DNA of 64,000 nt, taken from an uncultured delta proteobacterium. Lineage in GTDB: Bacteria > Desulfobacterota > WTBG01 > CAIYCZ01 > CAIRTM01. Every line of letters begins with the position of its first letter. Positions within the stretch are counted from its first letter, which is position 1. Shown here piece by piece: positions 63,618-64,000 of this stretch. Made by a program: the position numbers and the translations under genes. Under the pieces are notes generated by a model that saw only the letters and a list, made by a program, of their open reading frames with translations, did no database searches and was not told where the DNA came from. The DNA is taken from positions 1 to 64,000 of the forward strand of contig CAWDSQ010000035.1 of NCBI GenBank assembly GCA_963804955.1, given 5' to 3'.

Positions 63618-64000
63618 GTGTCGGCGGACGCGATCAGAAAAGACATTGTCGGCAAGGTCCGGCGGGTTGTGGTGAAGCTCGGCAGCTATGTGCTCACCAC
63701 GGCCTCATGGAGCCTTGACCGCAAGGTTTTTACCGATGTCACGGACTCGATAGCGGCACTGCGTGCCACGGGGATCGAGTTTGTTGTCGTGTCTTCAGGG
63801 CGCAGTGGCCTCAGGCATGGGCAGGCTCGGCCTGAAAGAGCGGCCGCGCGTGCTGCAGCAGGAGCAGGCCGCCGCGGCCGTGGGGCAGATAAGCCTCATG
63901 GCCTACTGGGAGAAGATGCTGTCGCGCCACGGCCTGCACGCGGCGCAGATTCTGCTCACCCACGGCGACGTGCGCGACCGCAAGCGCTTTCTGAACGCGC
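63618..64000 (+). CDS. proB: Glutamate 5-kinase, 5' part (frameshift near 63800, runs off the window)
   Basis: RVVVKLGS.VLT, VSSG/AVA.G, QAAAAVGQ..L, AQILLT..D..R.RFLNA. Confidence 0.9.
   Translation, partial: MSADAIRKDIVGKVRRVVVKLGSYVLTTASWSLDRKVFTDVTDSIAALRATGIEFVVVSSGRSGLRHGQARPERAAARAAAGAGRRGRGADKPHGLLGEDAVAPRPARGADSAHPRRRARPQALSER

Overview
A 64-kb chromosomal segment (roughly 55% GC by eye) from an anaerobic Deltaproteobacterium/Desulfobacterota-like organism. This is inferred from the xerC-hslV-hslU-argB-argD order, four-subunit POR, AOR and CFI-box-CTERM-type proteins. About 20 genes, including housekeeping ones, carry single-base frameshifts, most likely long-read assembly indels. 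Content in order: GldAFG/DUF4340-type ABC cluster, rmuC, tRNA-Arg(TCT) and tRNA-His, a FecR/DUF6600 protein with 51-bp tandem repeats, DUF488/LigD-PE/TatD/TcdA, a GT-C/GT2 glycosylation trio, a CusRS-like two-component system, priA, dgt, a DnaA-box cluster, fcl, two secreted paralogs sharing an unrecognised C-terminal domain, xerC-hslVU-argBD, a secreted HEXXH peptidase, an integrase-less integron cassette remnant, aor, ubiE, ilvC, hldD, a Sel1 protein, paaI-DUF2294(MpsC)-pckA-porCDAB and hflKC-rpmA-proB. Most interesting leads: (1) an internally looped terminator hairpin between DUF2294/MpsC and the SD of PEP carboxykinase, a candidate CO2/bicarbonate-linked attenuation system; (2) two unannotated structured RNA candidates with their own promoters and terminators (38022-38190 and 49420-49652, both minus strand); (3) a Cys-bracketed ~90-aa C-terminal domain on unrelated secreted passengers; (4) an unannotated 55-aa membrane protein under an 11-bp-periodic CusR-type box; (5) the attI/attC cassette remnant. 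All family assignments are from motif recognition, not database searches.
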